Shown piece by piece: positions 31,011-41,753 of a DNA stretch of 64,000 nt. Position 1 is the stretch's first letter, and every line of letters begins with the position of its first letter. The notes below the pieces were generated by a model, which saw only the letters and a program-made list of their open reading frames with translations, was not told where the DNA came from and made no database searches. The position numbers and the translations under genes were made by a program. The stretch is from Oceanispirochaeta sp. (lineage in GTDB: Bacteria > Spirochaetota > Spirochaetia > DSM-2461), in the NCBI GenBank assembly GCA_963663385.2, contig CAXXXD010000002.1, forward strand, positions 1,809,024 through 1,873,023. Direction: 5' to 3'.

Positions 31011-32176
31011 GAGATTACAGTTATTTCGGATATGTAAGAAAGGACGGAAAAGTGGGAAGCCGTAACCATGTGGCGATTATCCCATCAGTCGTGTGTGCCA
31101 ATGAGGTAGTGGAAAGCATTGTTGCCAACACGGTAATGACCCAGGGCATCATCCATCATCAGGGCTGCTGCCAGACCCCTCCCGACCTGGAGAGGATCAC
31201 CGATTGTTTAATTAAAATTGGTGAAAACCCGAATGTGGGGGCTTCTCTTATTGTCAGTCTCGGTTGCGAAGGGGTTGATACAGACCGGCTTGAAGAAGCG
31301 CTTCGTGCGACAGGAAAGCCTGTGGAACGGATTAATATACAGGAACTGGGAGGAACCAGTGCTGCCATCCGGGAGGGAATTGACAAGGCTCAGAAACTTG
31401 TTATGGAGATTTCCGGACAGCAGAGACAGAAAGTGGACATGTCCACTTTTGTAATGGGAATCAAATGCGGCGCTTCTGACACAACTTCCGGTATCGCTTC
31501 CAACCCGGTTATTGGATATGTAGCCGATAAAGTGGTTGAACTGGGGGGTACGGTTATCTTCGGAGAAACCACAGAGTTCATCGGAGCCGAACATATTCTG
31601 CAGCGCCGGGCGAGAACTCCGCAAGTCGCTGCGGAAATCGGCCGGATTGTAACAGAGATGGAAAACAGAGCCAAGGCTATCGGTGTGGATATGAGAAAGG
31701 GCCAGCCCACTCCCGGCAATATCGCCGGGGGATTGAGTACAATCGAGGAAAAATCTCTGGGAGCCATTGTCAAATCCGGTACAAAGCCTATTGATGGCGT
31801 TATCGGTTATACCGAGGTCCCGGGGGGAAAGGGACTCTGGATAAAGGATTCTCCGGGCCGGGAAATTGAACTCCTGTCCGGTATGGCCGTGGGCGGCGCC
31901 CAGGTGATCTGTTTTTCAACCGGACGGGGTGCTCCACAGGGATTTCCCGTGGTTCCCGTAATCAAAATCTGTGGAAATCCAATTACCTATGAAAGAATGA
32001 GTCATGATATGGACATTAACGCCGGACTCGTAACGACCGGGGAGAGGTCTATTGAGCAGGTAGGAGAGGAAACTTTTGAAATGCTTCTGCGGGTTGCCTC
32101 GGGAGAAACAAGCAAGGGAGAAGCCATAAAATATACGAAATCCATGGATTTTTATTGTCTCGGTCCTGTCATCTAG
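31007..32176 (+). CDS. UxaA/GarD/SuyB-family dehydratase/lyase large subunit
   Basis: GSRN, HHQGC, LGCE, KCGASD, GN..GGLSTIEEKSLG, FSTGRG. Confidence 0.88.
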   Translation: MRDYSYFGYVRKDGKVGSRNHVAIIPSVVCANEVVESIVANTVMTQGIIHHQGCCQTPPDLERITDCLIKIGENPNVGASLIVSLGCEGVDTDRLEEALRATGKPVERINIQELGGTSAAIREGIDKAQKLVMEISGQQRQKVDMSTFVMGIKCGASDTTSGIASNPVIGYVADKVVELGGTVIFGETTEFIGAEHILQRRARTPQVAAEIGRIVTEMENRAKAIGVDMRKGQPTPGNIAGGLSTIEEKSLGAIVKSGTKPIDGVIGYTEVPGGKGLWIKDSPGREIELLSGMAVGGAQVICFSTGRGAPQGFPVVPVIKICGNPITYERMSHDMDINAGLVTTGERSIEQVGEETFEMLLRVASGETSKGEAIKYTKSMDFYCLGPVI

Positions 32177-32239
32177 GAAAAAAAGGCAATATTCATCGAT
32201 TTAAATAAGATACAAAAAGGTGTTAGGAGGTTTAGTGAA

Positions 32240-33619
32240 ATGACGGATGTTAATGTCATGAGAGTAGTCATCGGACTGGTCGTTGCTATAGGGTTCATTC
32301 TCTATATGGTGACACGAACAAAAATTCATGTTTTTCCGGCTATGATTCTTGGGGCAATCGTTGCCGGTCTGGTTGCCGGTCTTCCCTCTGTGGATGTGGT
32401 CAATACAGTTAAAGCGGGATTCGGAGGAACCATCGGCAGTATCGGAATCATAATCGGATTCGGTGTTATGATGGGAGCGATATTTGAATTGAGCGGGGCG
32501 GCCAGAAGAATGGCACTGACCTTCATTAAACTGCTGGGAAAAGGAAAGGAAGAGGTAGCCATGCTTATTACCGGCTTCATAGTCTCCATTCCTGTTTTCT
32601 GCGACTCTGCCTTTGTGGTTCTCTCTCCGTTGGCAAAATCTCTCGCCAGAAATACGGGGAAGAGTCTGATTACCATCAGCTGTGCGCTGGGCGCCGCTCT
32701 TCTGGTTACCCATTCTCTGGTTCCGCCGACTCCCGGTCCTCTGGCTATTACCAGTTATTTTCAGCTGGATATCGGTATTTTCATGCTTTACAGTCTGATC
32801 GCTGCCATTCCTATCACTCTCGCCGGGCTTGCCTATGCCAAATGGGTGGGAAAGAAGTTATATAAACTGCCCGATCCCAAGGATTCCAGTGTTCTGATCG
32901 ACAGACCCTATACGGAAGAGGAAATGGCCGAAACCATTCAGATCGACGGTAAGAACCTACCCGGTACGTTTATGTCTTTTGCACCAATCGTCATCCCGAT
33001 AATTCTGATTCTTCTGAATACGGTATCGGCAGCACTGGAGCTGAACGGTACAGTCAAGAATATCATCGGTACTCTGGGTCATCCGGTTGTTGCTGTTGGT
33101 CTGGGACTTCTGATTGCCATCTACGGACTGGCCGGTAAAGTAGAACGGAAAGAGGTTGTGGAAACCCTGGACCATTCAATCAAGGATGCAGGAATCATTG
33201 TATTCGTAACCGGTGCGGGCGGTGCTCTGGGTGCGGTGCTTAAAGCGAGCGGTGCCGGAGCGGCTATTGCCGATTGTCTGGTTCAGCTTCATATCCCCGG
33301 TATCGTTCTGCCCTATATCATGGCTTTTGTGTTAAGAATTGTTACAGGGTCGGCCACGGTAGGTATGCTTACAGCCGGATCCATATCCGCACCTATACTG
33401 ATGACGATGGCTGGAGTGAATCCCTACATGGCCGGTTTAGCTTGCTGTATCGGTTCTATCGGAATCACAAACCTGCATGACAGCTATTTCTGGGTTGTAA
33501 ACCGGACAACCGGTCTGACCGATGTGAAAGAGATGCTCTGGCACTGGTTTGGAGCCGTTCTTGCTCTTTCCGGCGCCGGCGCCGTCACACTTTTCGTTAT
33601 GAATCTTATTGTTGGATAA
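32240..33619 (+). CDS. GntP-family sugar-acid permease
   Basis: Multi-TM; SIPVFCDS, HSLVPPTPGP, GSATV, HDSYFW. Confidence 0.9.
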   Translation: MTDVNVMRVVIGLVVAIGFILYMVTRTKIHVFPAMILGAIVAGLVAGLPSVDVVNTVKAGFGGTIGSIGIIIGFGVMMGAIFELSGAARRMALTFIKLLGKGKEEVAMLITGFIVSIPVFCDSAFVVLSPLAKSLARNTGKSLITISCALGAALLVTHSLVPPTPGPLAITSYFQLDIGIFMLYSLIAAIPITLAGLAYAKWVGKKLYKLPDPKDSSVLIDRPYTEEEMAETIQIDGKNLPGTFMSFAPIVIPIILILLNTVSAALELNGTVKNIIGTLGHPVVAVGLGLLIAIYGLAGKVERKEVVETLDHSIKDAGIIVFVTGAGGALGAVLKASGAGAAIADCLVQLHIPGIVLPYIMAFVLRIVTGSATVGMLTAGSISAPILMTMAGVNPYMAGLACCIGSIGITNLHDSYFWVVNRTTGLTDVKEMLWHWFGAVLALSGAGAVTLFVMNLIVG

Positions 33620-33646
33620 GAAACCATTTTATTGATAATTAAAGGG

Positions 33647-33680
33647 GGCTGTTGCAAAATTGCAGCAGCCTTTCTTTATT
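33647..33680 (+). terminator. Intrinsic terminator
   Basis: ggctgttgca-aaat-tgcagcagcc followed by T-rich tract. Confidence 0.7.
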
Positions 33681-33850
33681 TCTCGACTGTGGTGTCACCA
33701 TCATCCTGATGGTTCCCTCCCAGCCGACTTCGTTTCTAATTCGACGTCGTGTCGAATTGTGCTCCAGGTATTCGCGCCGTAACTCCGTTTCGAACCCCGT
33801 TTATTTATAAATAAAAAAGCTCGAATATCAGAGATATCCAAGCTTTTAAT

Positions 33851-33924
33851 TGATCGACGCGGGATTCGAACCCACCACCTCTTCCTCCGGAGGGAAGCGC
33901 TCTATCCAAATGAGCTAGTCGACC
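33851..33924 (-). tRNA. tRNA-Arg (CCG)
   Basis: Minus strand GGTCGAC...GTCGATC-A acceptor stem; anticodon arm CTTCC-CT-CCG-GA-GGAAG; GGTTCGAATCC; CCA not encoded. Confidence 0.95.
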
Positions 33925-34121
33925 AGCTGGAAAGTAGAATAATGAAAATAAGAAGCTCTGTCAAGTTGCGGATAGGGAAAAAACAGGGAGGTTAGAGGTC
34001 TGACTTAATATGGAACACCTTTTTTCTTTTAATCTATACCGCTATGATCTATATTGAAAATATAACGACCAAAATTACAATAGAATCAACAGCCGGGATT
34101 CTGTAAAAAAAGGAGTTTGAA

Positions 34122-34826
34122 ATGAGTATACACATTGGAGCATCCAAGGGAGATATTGCAGAAACTGTATTGATGCCGGGAGACCCTCTGCGGGCAAAAT
34201 TCATTGCAGAGAATTTTCTGGAAGGAGCTAAGTGTTATACCGAAGTCCGTGGAATGTACGGCTTTACCGGTACCTATAAGGGGAAACGGGTGTCTATCCA
34301 GGGAAGCGGCATGGGTGTTCCTTCTATCAGTATTTATGTAAATGAACTGATTAACGATTACGGTGTAAAAAGGATTATGCGTATCGGATCCTGCGGGGCT
34401 CTGCATGAAAGTGTAAAGATACGGGACATAATACTGGGGATGAGCGCTTCCACCGACAGCTGCATGAACAATGTAACATTCAAGGGAATGCACTTTGCTC
34501 CCACAGCAAGCTACAGTCTGTTTTCCAAAGCCGTAGAGGCTGCCAGGGGACTGAATCTGCCCATTCATGCGGGAAATATCCTTTCTACGGATATTTTCTA
34601 CAACAATGACCCTGAAGAGTGGAAGCTCTGGTCGCAGCACGGAGTTCTCGGTGTTGAAATGGAAGCCGCCGGACTGTATACCATCGCTGCCAGAAAAGGC
34701 ATTGAAGCTCTGACGATCCTCACCGTAAGCGACAGCCTGGTAACGGGAGAGGCCACCACATCCGAGGAAAGACAGAACACCTTCACCCAGATGATGGAAC
34801 TGGCCCTGGAAACCGCCATAGCCTGA
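34122..34826 (+). CDS. deoD: Purine nucleoside phosphorylase
   Basis: [30 protein letters not shown]. Confidence 0.95.
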   Translation: MSIHIGASKGDIAETVLMPGDPLRAKFIAENFLEGAKCYTEVRGMYGFTGTYKGKRVSIQGSGMGVPSISIYVNELINDYGVKRIMRIGSCGALHESVKIRDIILGMSASTDSCMNNVTFKGMHFAPTASYSLFSKAVEAARGLNLPIHAGNILSTDIFYNNDPEEWKLWSQHGVLGVEMEAAGLYTIAARKGIEALTILTVSDSLVTGEATTSEERQNTFTQMMELALETAIA

Positions 34827-34963
34827 TTAATAATATAACCCGTCTCCCAGCCTCTCTTAAATCTCCCAAAGGGGAGACATCAATTTGGTTTCCCTCCCTC
34901 GGAGGGATATAGGGAGGCCGGAGAGGGGTTTCTAATCGACTGAGCCCGAGCGTCGCCGAGGGG

Positions 34964-35407
34964 TCACTCCTCCAGCGCCATCATTTTGCTGACCCGTCTT
35001 TCGTGACGCCCGCCCTCGAAGGCGGCATCCACATATGCATCTACCATATCCGTTACTTTTTCGGGGTAATCGATCCTTCCTCCAAAGGCAAGAAAGTTTG
35101 AATCGTTATGCTTTCTGGTCATTTCTGCTGCAAAGCAGTTCTGAACCAGAGCGCAGCGGATGCCCTTTACCTTGTTGGCCGAGATAGAGATCCCTATCCC
35201 CGTCCCGCAGCATACTATTCCGAACTCATACCCCCCCTTGAGGTATTCCAGGCAGGCTTCCTCCGCCTTATCCGGATAATCTGCCGCTTCTTCAGGGGCA
35301 ACCCCCAGATCATTTACTTCATAGCCCCTGCTTTCCAGGTGCTTTTTTATTTCATCTTTTAACTCAACAGCGCCGTGATCATTGGCTATTACAACTTTTT
35401 TGGACAC
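34964..35407 (-). CDS. rpiB: Ribose-5-phosphate isomerase B
   Basis: NDHGA, DYPD, CGTGIG, ANK, HND, GGRHERR. Confidence 0.95.
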   Translation of the reverse strand: MSKKVVIANDHGAVELKDEIKKHLESRGYEVNDLGVAPEEAADYPDKAEEACLEYLKGGYEFGIVCCGTGIGISISANKVKGIRCALVQNCFAAEMTRKHNDSNFLAFGGRIDYPEKVTDMVDAYVDAAFEGGRHERRVSKMMALEE

Positions 35408-35452
35408 AAAGATCTCCTTCGGTTTTCTTACGGTGTATAAGTACCTGTCATA

Positions 35453-36244
35453 CTAGGATAGAAGAGCCTCGTCATTCAAGAACTCTTCATGACGGATCTC
35501 ATGGAATTTGCTGACCAGTTTCTGAACAGTCAGAACTTTTTTTTCGTCACCCTTTATATCCATGATGATTTCTCCTTTATCCATCATGATCAAACGGTTA
35601 CCGTAATCAATGGCATGCTGCATATTATGGGTAATCATCATGGCTGTCAGGTCATATTCGGTAATAAACTTCAGTGTCAGCTCCATAACCTTGGCGGCAT
35701 TACGGGGATCCAGAGCAGCCGTATGCTCATCCAGCAGAATCAGCTGCGGCTGTGACATAACCATCATCAGCAGGGTCAGCGCCTGTCTCTGACCTCCCGA
35801 AAGGAGGGCTACATTGTTTTTAAGACGGTTCTCCAGATCCATCTCAAGCTGAACAAGCAGAGCCTTAAACTCTTCCCGTATCTTTCTGTTCAGGCTGCGG
35901 CGGATCTTTTTAATTCCCTTATACCGCCCTATCACCATATTATCTTCGATGGACATATTACCGGCAGTACCCAGCAGTGGATCCTGAAAGATCCTGCCTA
36001 TCATCTCAGCCCTTTTATATTCGGGCATTCTGGTAATATCCCTGTCATTCATCGTAACTGAACCCGCTGTAACGGGGTGATGTCCTGAAATGGCATTGTA
36101 GAGAGTAGTCTTGCCGGCACCGTTGGAGCCGACAATAGTTATAAAGTCTCCATGATCTACCTTCAGGCTAAGATTACGCAGAACATGATTCCGGTTGGGA
36201 GTTCCTTCGCCGAAAACCATATCGATATTATTAAGCTGAATCAT
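35453..36244 (-). CDS. ABC transporter ATP-binding protein
   Basis: GSNGAGKT, LSGGQRQ, LLDEHTAALDP. Confidence 0.92.
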   Translation of the reverse strand: MIQLNNIDMVFGEGTPNRNHVLRNLSLKVDHGDFITIVGSNGAGKTTLYNAISGHHPVTAGSVTMNDRDITRMPEYKRAEMIGRIFQDPLLGTAGNMSIEDNMVIGRYKGIKKIRRSLNRKIREEFKALLVQLEMDLENRLKNNVALLSGGQRQALTLLMMVMSQPQLILLDEHTAALDPRNAAKVMELTLKFITEYDLTAMMITHNMQHAIDYGNRLIMMDKGEIIMDIKGDEKKVLTVQKLVSKFHEIRHEEFLNDEALLS

Positions 36245-37158
36245 TTCTTCCTACCTCCCAGGGCATTCATAATCAGTTTACGTATTCCCTTATTACGGAA
36301 TTTTGAAAGGTAGAGGGAGAGAATAATCAGTAAGCCCGTAATCAGTTTCAAGTCATTGGGTGTCAGGTGAATATAGTAACCGTAGTAACGGCCGTAATAC
36401 ATAATCGCTTTGAACAGGATAGCACCCAATAGAACACGGAAGGTCAGAACATGGATCTTGTTGGACGATAGAAGGAACTCCCCCAGCATAACCATGGCCA
36501 GTCCCTGAACAACAATCCCCTGGCCCAGGTTAACGTCTGCAAACCCCTGGTACTGGGCGGCCAGGGCACCTGCAACGGCAACCAGTCCGTTAGACAATCC
36601 GACGCCTATAATCTTCATGATTTCCGGATTAACACCAAGGGTAATTATCATCTGTTCGTTATTCCCCATAGCCCCAAGGGACAAACCCATATCGGTTAGA
36701 AAAAACAGATCCAGCAGTACCTTGATCAGAAAGAATACAATCAGGAAGAAAAGAAACAGTGTGGCGGTGTAGGAGAGAATCCCATCGGTCAATCCAATCA
36801 TATCGCTTACAATGGTTCTTGTTTTCATTAAGGGAAGGTTAGCCTTGTTTCCCAGAATCCTGATGTTGATGGAATAGAGCATGGTCATGGTCAGAATTCC
36901 CGCCAGAAGATTGGGGACTTTCAGTTTGTTATGAATAAGAGCTGTAACCGAACCGGCCATGCAGCCTCCGGCGAAGGCAATCAGCAGGGACAGAAGAGGG
37001 GAGATCCCGGCAGTCAGACAGCTGCCCGCAATAACGGCCCCCATGGGGAAACTCCCGTCAACAGTCAGATCCGGAAAATCCAGTATCCGGAAGGTTATAA
37101 AAACGCCGAGAGCCATAATCCCGTAGATCAGCCCTTCAACCAGAATTCCTTCAATCAT
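36241..37158 (-). CDS. ABC transporter permease
   Basis: PDLTVDGSF, LLAGIL, QYQGFAD; multi-TM. Confidence 0.9.
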   Translation of the reverse strand: MIEGILVEGLIYGIMALGVFITFRILDFPDLTVDGSFPMGAVIAGSCLTAGISPLLSLLIAFAGGCMAGSVTALIHNKLKVPNLLAGILTMTMLYSINIRILGNKANLPLMKTRTIVSDMIGLTDGILSYTATLFLFFLIVFFLIKVLLDLFFLTDMGLSLGAMGNNEQMIITLGVNPEIMKIIGVGLSNGLVAVAGALAAQYQGFADVNLGQGIVVQGLAMVMLGEFLLSSNKIHVLTFRVLLGAILFKAIMYYGRYYGYYIHLTPNDLKLITGLLIILSLYLSKFRNKGIRKLIMNALGGRKK

Positions 37159-37335
37159 ATTAACCTCTTTCAGTTTTCTATAATGGTATTTTACATAATA
37201 ACAAATAAAATAGTTTCCTGCCGAACCCCTGGTAATTTAACCGTCAGTTTTATAACCAGGGGGAGGCCGGAGAAGTCGCGTGAATACCCTCCTCCCTGAG
37301 GAGGGGCCGGGGAGGTCCCTTAATGGAGACGTCTT

Positions 37336-38349
37336 TTATTTTGTAATCACTTCACCATTTTCAATTACTGTTGCCGCATTGGCAATCAGATCTTCGGGGA
37401 TCGTGATTCCAAGCCTGTCAGCATTGTCCAGATTCACCAGCAGATCTATATCTTCCACGCTGGTCATAAACATAGTGGGAATCTCACTGGTTGCCTTGCC
37501 CTGAAGGATTTCAACGGCCATACGTCCGGCGGCTCTACCCATTTTATAGTAGTTGAATCCCCAGGAGATCAGTACTTCGTTATCGATGGCGGAGGTGGGA
37601 TCGGCAGATATGATAGGTTTACCGGCCCTGGCAGCTACATCGGAAACGGCAGCAAGGGCGGAAACAACCGTGTTGTCCGTACTGATATATATCCCGTCAA
37701 TCTTATCGATAATGGTCTGGGTAGCCTGTTTTACCTCTGCCGAATTGGAAACAGTGGTACCGATGAAGTTTATTCCCAGCTTTTTACAGGCTTCCTCGGC
37801 CATTTCTGCCAGACGCACCGCATTGGCCTCACTGCTTGTATAGACATGGCCTATAGTCTTAATTTCCGTAAGTGAAGCCAGTAGCCTGATCTGGTCTTCT
37901 ACAGGAGTCATATCGGATACTCCCGTAACATTGGCTCCTCCCTGATCGTAGCTGTCTACCAGACCGGCATCAACAGGATCCGTAACGGCAGAATACAGGA
38001 CGGGAGCGTCCTTTATTGTATTGGCCAGAGCCTGTGCGGTGGGAGTGGCTATCCCGATTGCAAGGTCAACTTTATCTGCTTTAAATTTCTGGGCGATAGA
38101 AGTTGCCGTCGACATTTCGCCATTGGCATTCTGCAGATCGAATACGGCATCGGGATAGGTTTCCTGAATGACTTCCATGGCTCCCTGTTCCAGCGCATCA
38201 AGGGCGGGGTGGGCAACAATTTTTGTAATGCCGATTTTCAGGGGTTTATCGGCGGATTCCTCCTGGGCACCTGCTGCACAGATATTGGATAGGGCAATCA
38301 TAGCCATTGAAGCTATGAGGAGGGACTTTAACAATTTCTTTTTCATCAA
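37336..38349 (-). CDS. ABC substrate-binding protein (aromatic amino acid-type)
   Basis: Signal peptide; HPALD, IATPTAQ, AVTDP, NVTGVSD, TDN. Confidence 0.88.
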   Translation of the reverse strand: MMKKKLLKSLLIASMAMIALSNICAAGAQEESADKPLKIGITKIVAHPALDALEQGAMEVIQETYPDAVFDLQNANGEMSTATSIAQKFKADKVDLAIGIATPTAQALANTIKDAPVLYSAVTDPVDAGLVDSYDQGGANVTGVSDMTPVEDQIRLLASLTEIKTIGHVYTSSEANAVRLAEMAEEACKKLGINFIGTTVSNSAEVKQATQTIIDKIDGIYISTDNTVVSALAAVSDVAARAGKPIISADPTSAIDNEVLISWGFNYYKMGRAAGRMAVEILQGKATSEIPTMFMTSVEDIDLLVNLDNADRLGITIPEDLIANAATVIENGEVITK

Positions 38350-38357
38350 TTATCTCC

Positions 38358-38418
38358 TGGTGTTCCTATACATAGAAACGATTGGTGTTATTATCCATAG
38401 AAACACCACTGGTGTCAA
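38358..38418 (-). promoter_or_regulatory. Promoter of ABC operon with tandem operator-like repeats
   Basis: Minus-strand TTGACA-17-GATAAT; repeats tggtgttcctatacatagaaac and tggtgttattatccatagaaac. Confidence 0.55.
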
Positions 38419-38547
38419 CAGAAAAAGATAAAACTTTCTGAAACCTCAATCTCCTTTGTTTTTTTTATGATTATTAGTATATTTGATGCAGTAGGAAGAA
38501 GTGTTTCTTCAGGGTCGCTTCTTTAATGCAAAACAGGAGTTTAAATT

Positions 38548-39249
38548 ATGAGTAACGTATTTACGGGCGCACAGTCTCAGACTGCCGTCCAGGAAAGAAC
38601 CATACTGAAAAATGTTTATCTTTGGATGACGGCAGGTCTGTTCCTGACAGCTGTAGTTGCCAGAGGTTTTGTGGGAACCGCCCTTTTTTATCAGCTGATT
38701 CGCAACCCGATTCTTATGTTCGGTCTGATTGCCGCGGAACTGGTTCTTGTTTTCAGAATGTCCGACAGAATTATGCAGATGTCCGTCCGTTCGGCTGTAA
38801 TCAGCTTTGGTGCCTATGCTGCTCTTAACGGGATTAATCTGTCCAGTATTTTTCTGGTATACGGTCTGGGAACGGTATACAATGCTTTTTTTGCAACGGC
38901 CACCCTTTTTGCTGCCATGAGCCTTTATGCGGTAAGCACCAAAAGGGACCTGTCCGGTCTCGGTCACTACCTGATTATGGGGCTGATAGGTCTGATTGCA
39001 GCTTCCCTTATCAATTTTTTCCTGAGGAGTTCCGGGCTGGATTACCTGATTTCCTATGCAGGGGTTATCCTTTTTACAGGGCTGACGGCCTATGATACTC
39101 AGATGATAAAGAATATGAGCCGTCAGATGAGCCGGCAGGCAGATGAAGCCACTTTTATGAAACTCTCTATAATCGGAGCCCTTAAGCTCTACCTCGATTT
39201 TATCAATATGTTCCTCTTTATCCTGCGGATTCTGGGAAGAAGGGACTGA
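38548..39249 (+). CDS. Bax inhibitor-1/YccA family membrane protein
   Basis: VYLWM, TKRDLS, TAYDTQ, ALKLYLDFIN. Confidence 0.92.
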   Translation: MSNVFTGAQSQTAVQERTILKNVYLWMTAGLFLTAVVARGFVGTALFYQLIRNPILMFGLIAAELVLVFRMSDRIMQMSVRSAVISFGAYAALNGINLSSIFLVYGLGTVYNAFFATATLFAAMSLYAVSTKRDLSGLGHYLIMGLIGLIAASLINFFLRSSGLDYLISYAGVILFTGLTAYDTQMIKNMSRQMSRQADEATFMKLSIIGALKLYLDFINMFLFILRILGRRD

Positions 39250-39258
39250 TAAAACAGG

Positions 39259-40542
39259 ATGGATAGCGTATTAATAAACGATCTTTTCTCTTTTCTGGAT
39301 GCATCTCCCACTCCCTACCACGGGGTGGCTGAGGCTGCTGAAAGACTGAGAAACAAGGGCTGGGAAGAACTGAGCGAGAAGTCTTCCTGGGAGCTGAAAG
39401 AAAATGCCGGGTATTTTGTCATTCGAAACGGCAGCAGTCTGATAGCTTTTCATACGGGGATTCTGAATCCTGCCGAAAAGGGTTTCAGGATTATTACAGC
39501 CCATACGGATAGCCCTACCTTCCGTCTTAAAAGCGGTACTGTTAAGGATGTTAAGGGTGTGATGAAAACAGGAGTGGAAGTGCTGGGCGGTCCCATCCTT
39601 TCCACCTGGCTCGACAGGGATCTCTCCGTGGCGGGACGAATTATCGTTAAAACGGAAAACGGACTGGAATCCCGCCTGTACCGTAAAGCCGGCCCTTCTG
39701 TTATGATTCCTAATCCGGCTATCCATTTAAACAGGGACGCCAACAAGGGGTTTGAATATAATCCGCAGAAGCACCTTTCCCTGCTGATCGGAAACAGCTC
39801 TGACGATAAAACCTCCGTGTATGATCTGATTGCACGGGATACAGGGATAGAGAGTTCTTCCATCCTGGATGCCGATCTTGTTGTTTATGATACATCAAAG
39901 GCTGAGAAAACCGGTTGGAACCGCGAGTTTTTCAGTTCCGGAAGGATCGATAACCTGGCCATGTGTCATGCCTCTCTAGAAGCTGTTCTCTCTGTAGAAG
40001 GGCAGAAGGGGGTGACTCTCGCCGCTTTGTTCGACAACGAAGAAATTGGCAGCCGGACACCCCAGGGGGCCGATTCAGCCTTTCTGGAACATATCCTTGA
40101 GCGGATTGTTCTGGCATCCGGAGGAAGCCGTGATGAATACCTGCGCAGCTGCAGTAACTCTTTTCTGCTTTCGGCAGACGGTGCCCATGCGGTGCATCCC
40201 AATTTTGCGGATCTTCATGATAATGCCTATGCGCCTGTTCTGAATGGGGGGCCTGTTTTGAAAATGAATGCCGGCTGGAACTACTCTTCCACTGGCGAAA
40301 CCGCGGCTCTTTTCCGGAACTGGTGCCTGGAAGAGGGTGTTAACTGTCAGGTCTATCTTAACCGATCCGATGTGAAAGGCGGTCAGTCCCTCGGACCTAT
40401 CGCTGCTGCAAAACTGGGTATTCCTTCAGTAGATGTAGGGAACCCTATGTGGAGTATGCACAGTGTAAGAGAAACCGCCGGGATTGAAGACCATAAGGAT
40501 ATGATCCGCATCATGAAAAGACATCTGATGCAGACTTCGTAA
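39259..40542 (+). CDS. M18-family (aspartyl) aminopeptidase
   Basis: SPTPYH, AHTDSP, WLDRDL, DNEEIGS, AHAVHPN, SMHSVRE. Confidence 0.92.
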   Translation: MDSVLINDLFSFLDASPTPYHGVAEAAERLRNKGWEELSEKSSWELKENAGYFVIRNGSSLIAFHTGILNPAEKGFRIITAHTDSPTFRLKSGTVKDVKGVMKTGVEVLGGPILSTWLDRDLSVAGRIIVKTENGLESRLYRKAGPSVMIPNPAIHLNRDANKGFEYNPQKHLSLLIGNSSDDKTSVYDLIARDTGIESSSILDADLVVYDTSKAEKTGWNREFFSSGRIDNLAMCHASLEAVLSVEGQKGVTLAALFDNEEIGSRTPQGADSAFLEHILERIVLASGGSRDEYLRSCSNSFLLSADGAHAVHPNFADLHDNAYAPVLNGGPVLKMNAGWNYSSTGETAALFRNWCLEEGVNCQVYLNRSDVKGGQSLGPIAAAKLGIPSVDVGNPMWSMHSVRETAGIEDHKDMIRIMKRHLMQTS

Positions 40543-40544
40543 AA

Positions 40545-41753
40545 ATGAAAAAAATATTTATACTGTCACAGCTTTTTCTCCTCTCTCTTGTATGGTGTGA
40601 TATTCCGGAAGGGATTACAGCCCGTTCGGCAGTTCTGATGGATTTTGACACGGGCCGGATCCTGGCCGAAAGGGAGGGGGACCTTCAGATTCCTCCGGCT
40701 TCCATGATGAAGGTTATGACCCTTTACCTGGCCTATGATGCCATTAAAGCGGGGGAGCTGGATAAGGACCAGCTTGTGACCATAGATGAGGCGGGTTCCT
40801 CCTTTTCCCGTCCGCCCCGATCTTCCCTGATGCTGCTGGAAGAGGGGCAGGTCGTGACGGTTCAGGGTCTGATGGAAGGACTGGCCATCGCTTCAGGTAA
40901 TGACGCCGCCTACGCTCTGGCTGAACTCATCGGCCCCGGTACGGATGCCTTTGTTGAGAAAATGAACCGGAAAGCTGCGGAACTGGGGCTGGAACAGACC
41001 GTGTTTGTTGATCCCGACGGCTGGAGCGAGAATAATCTGGTTACCGCCGAAGAGTATGCTGTTCTGGCGCGGAGTTATATCCGGGATTATCCGGAAGCTC
41101 TGACAGAGCTTCATTCTGTCCCTTTTCTGGTTTATCCGCTTCCCGTGAATATGCCGGAAGACAGGACTTTCCGGATTCAGGTTCCCCGCAAAAAGCAGAA
41201 TACGAACAGACTCCTTGGTACCTATGAAGGTATAGACGGGTTGAAAACCGGTTATATCGATGAGTCAGGTTTTAATTTTTCCGCCACGGCTGTTCGTGAG
41301 GGAAACCGGCTGATTTCCGTAATTATGGGTGTTTTTACAGACTCCTATTTTCAGGGTATTGTAAGAAGGGCTGATGAATCAGCCATGCTGCTGGACTATG
41401 GTTTTGCCAACTACCGGAACAGGGAACTGTCTGTTCCGGTGCTGCCGGAGATCCGGGTATGGATGGGCAGTGAGTCCTCACTTGTTCCTGCTGTTCAGGA
41501 GGGGGGAGAGGCTCTTCTGGGAGAAGATGAAATCAACGGGGTTTACTCTATGGTACATCTTGATAAAGAGATTACAGCCCCCCTTACAGCAGATAGGAAA
41601 ATCGGAACCGTTTCCTTCTATCTGCAGGGCTGCCTTTTGGAAGAAGTGTCCATTACAGCCGGAAAAGACATTCCCCGGGGGAATATCATTCAGCAACTGC
41701 GGGACCATCTTATTCTGGCATGGCGGGATTTCCGGGTTAAATATCAGTTCTGA
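40545..41753 (+). CDS. D-alanyl-D-alanine carboxypeptidase (S11)
   Basis: SMMK, SGN and KTG motifs; signal peptide. Confidence 0.9.
   Translation: MKKIFILSQLFLLSLVWCDIPEGITARSAVLMDFDTGRILAEREGDLQIPPASMMKVMTLYLAYDAIKAGELDKDQLVTIDEAGSSFSRPPRSSLMLLEEGQVVTVQGLMEGLAIASGNDAAYALAELIGPGTDAFVEKMNRKAAELGLEQTVFVDPDGWSENNLVTAEEYAVLARSYIRDYPEALTELHSVPFLVYPLPVNMPEDRTFRIQVPRKKQNTNRLLGTYEGIDGLKTGYIDESGFNFSATAVREGNRLISVIMGVFTDSYFQGIVRRADESAMLLDYGFANYRNRELSVPVLPEIRVWMGSESSLVPAVQEGGEALLGEDEINGVYSMVHLDKEITAPLTADRKIGTVSFYLQGCLLEEVSITAGKDIPRGNIIQQLRDHLILAWRDFRVKYQF

Noticed and set aside
33680..33924. tRNA-Arg as an integration site
   Set aside because: No adjacent integrase and no convincing duplicated tRNA 3' end.
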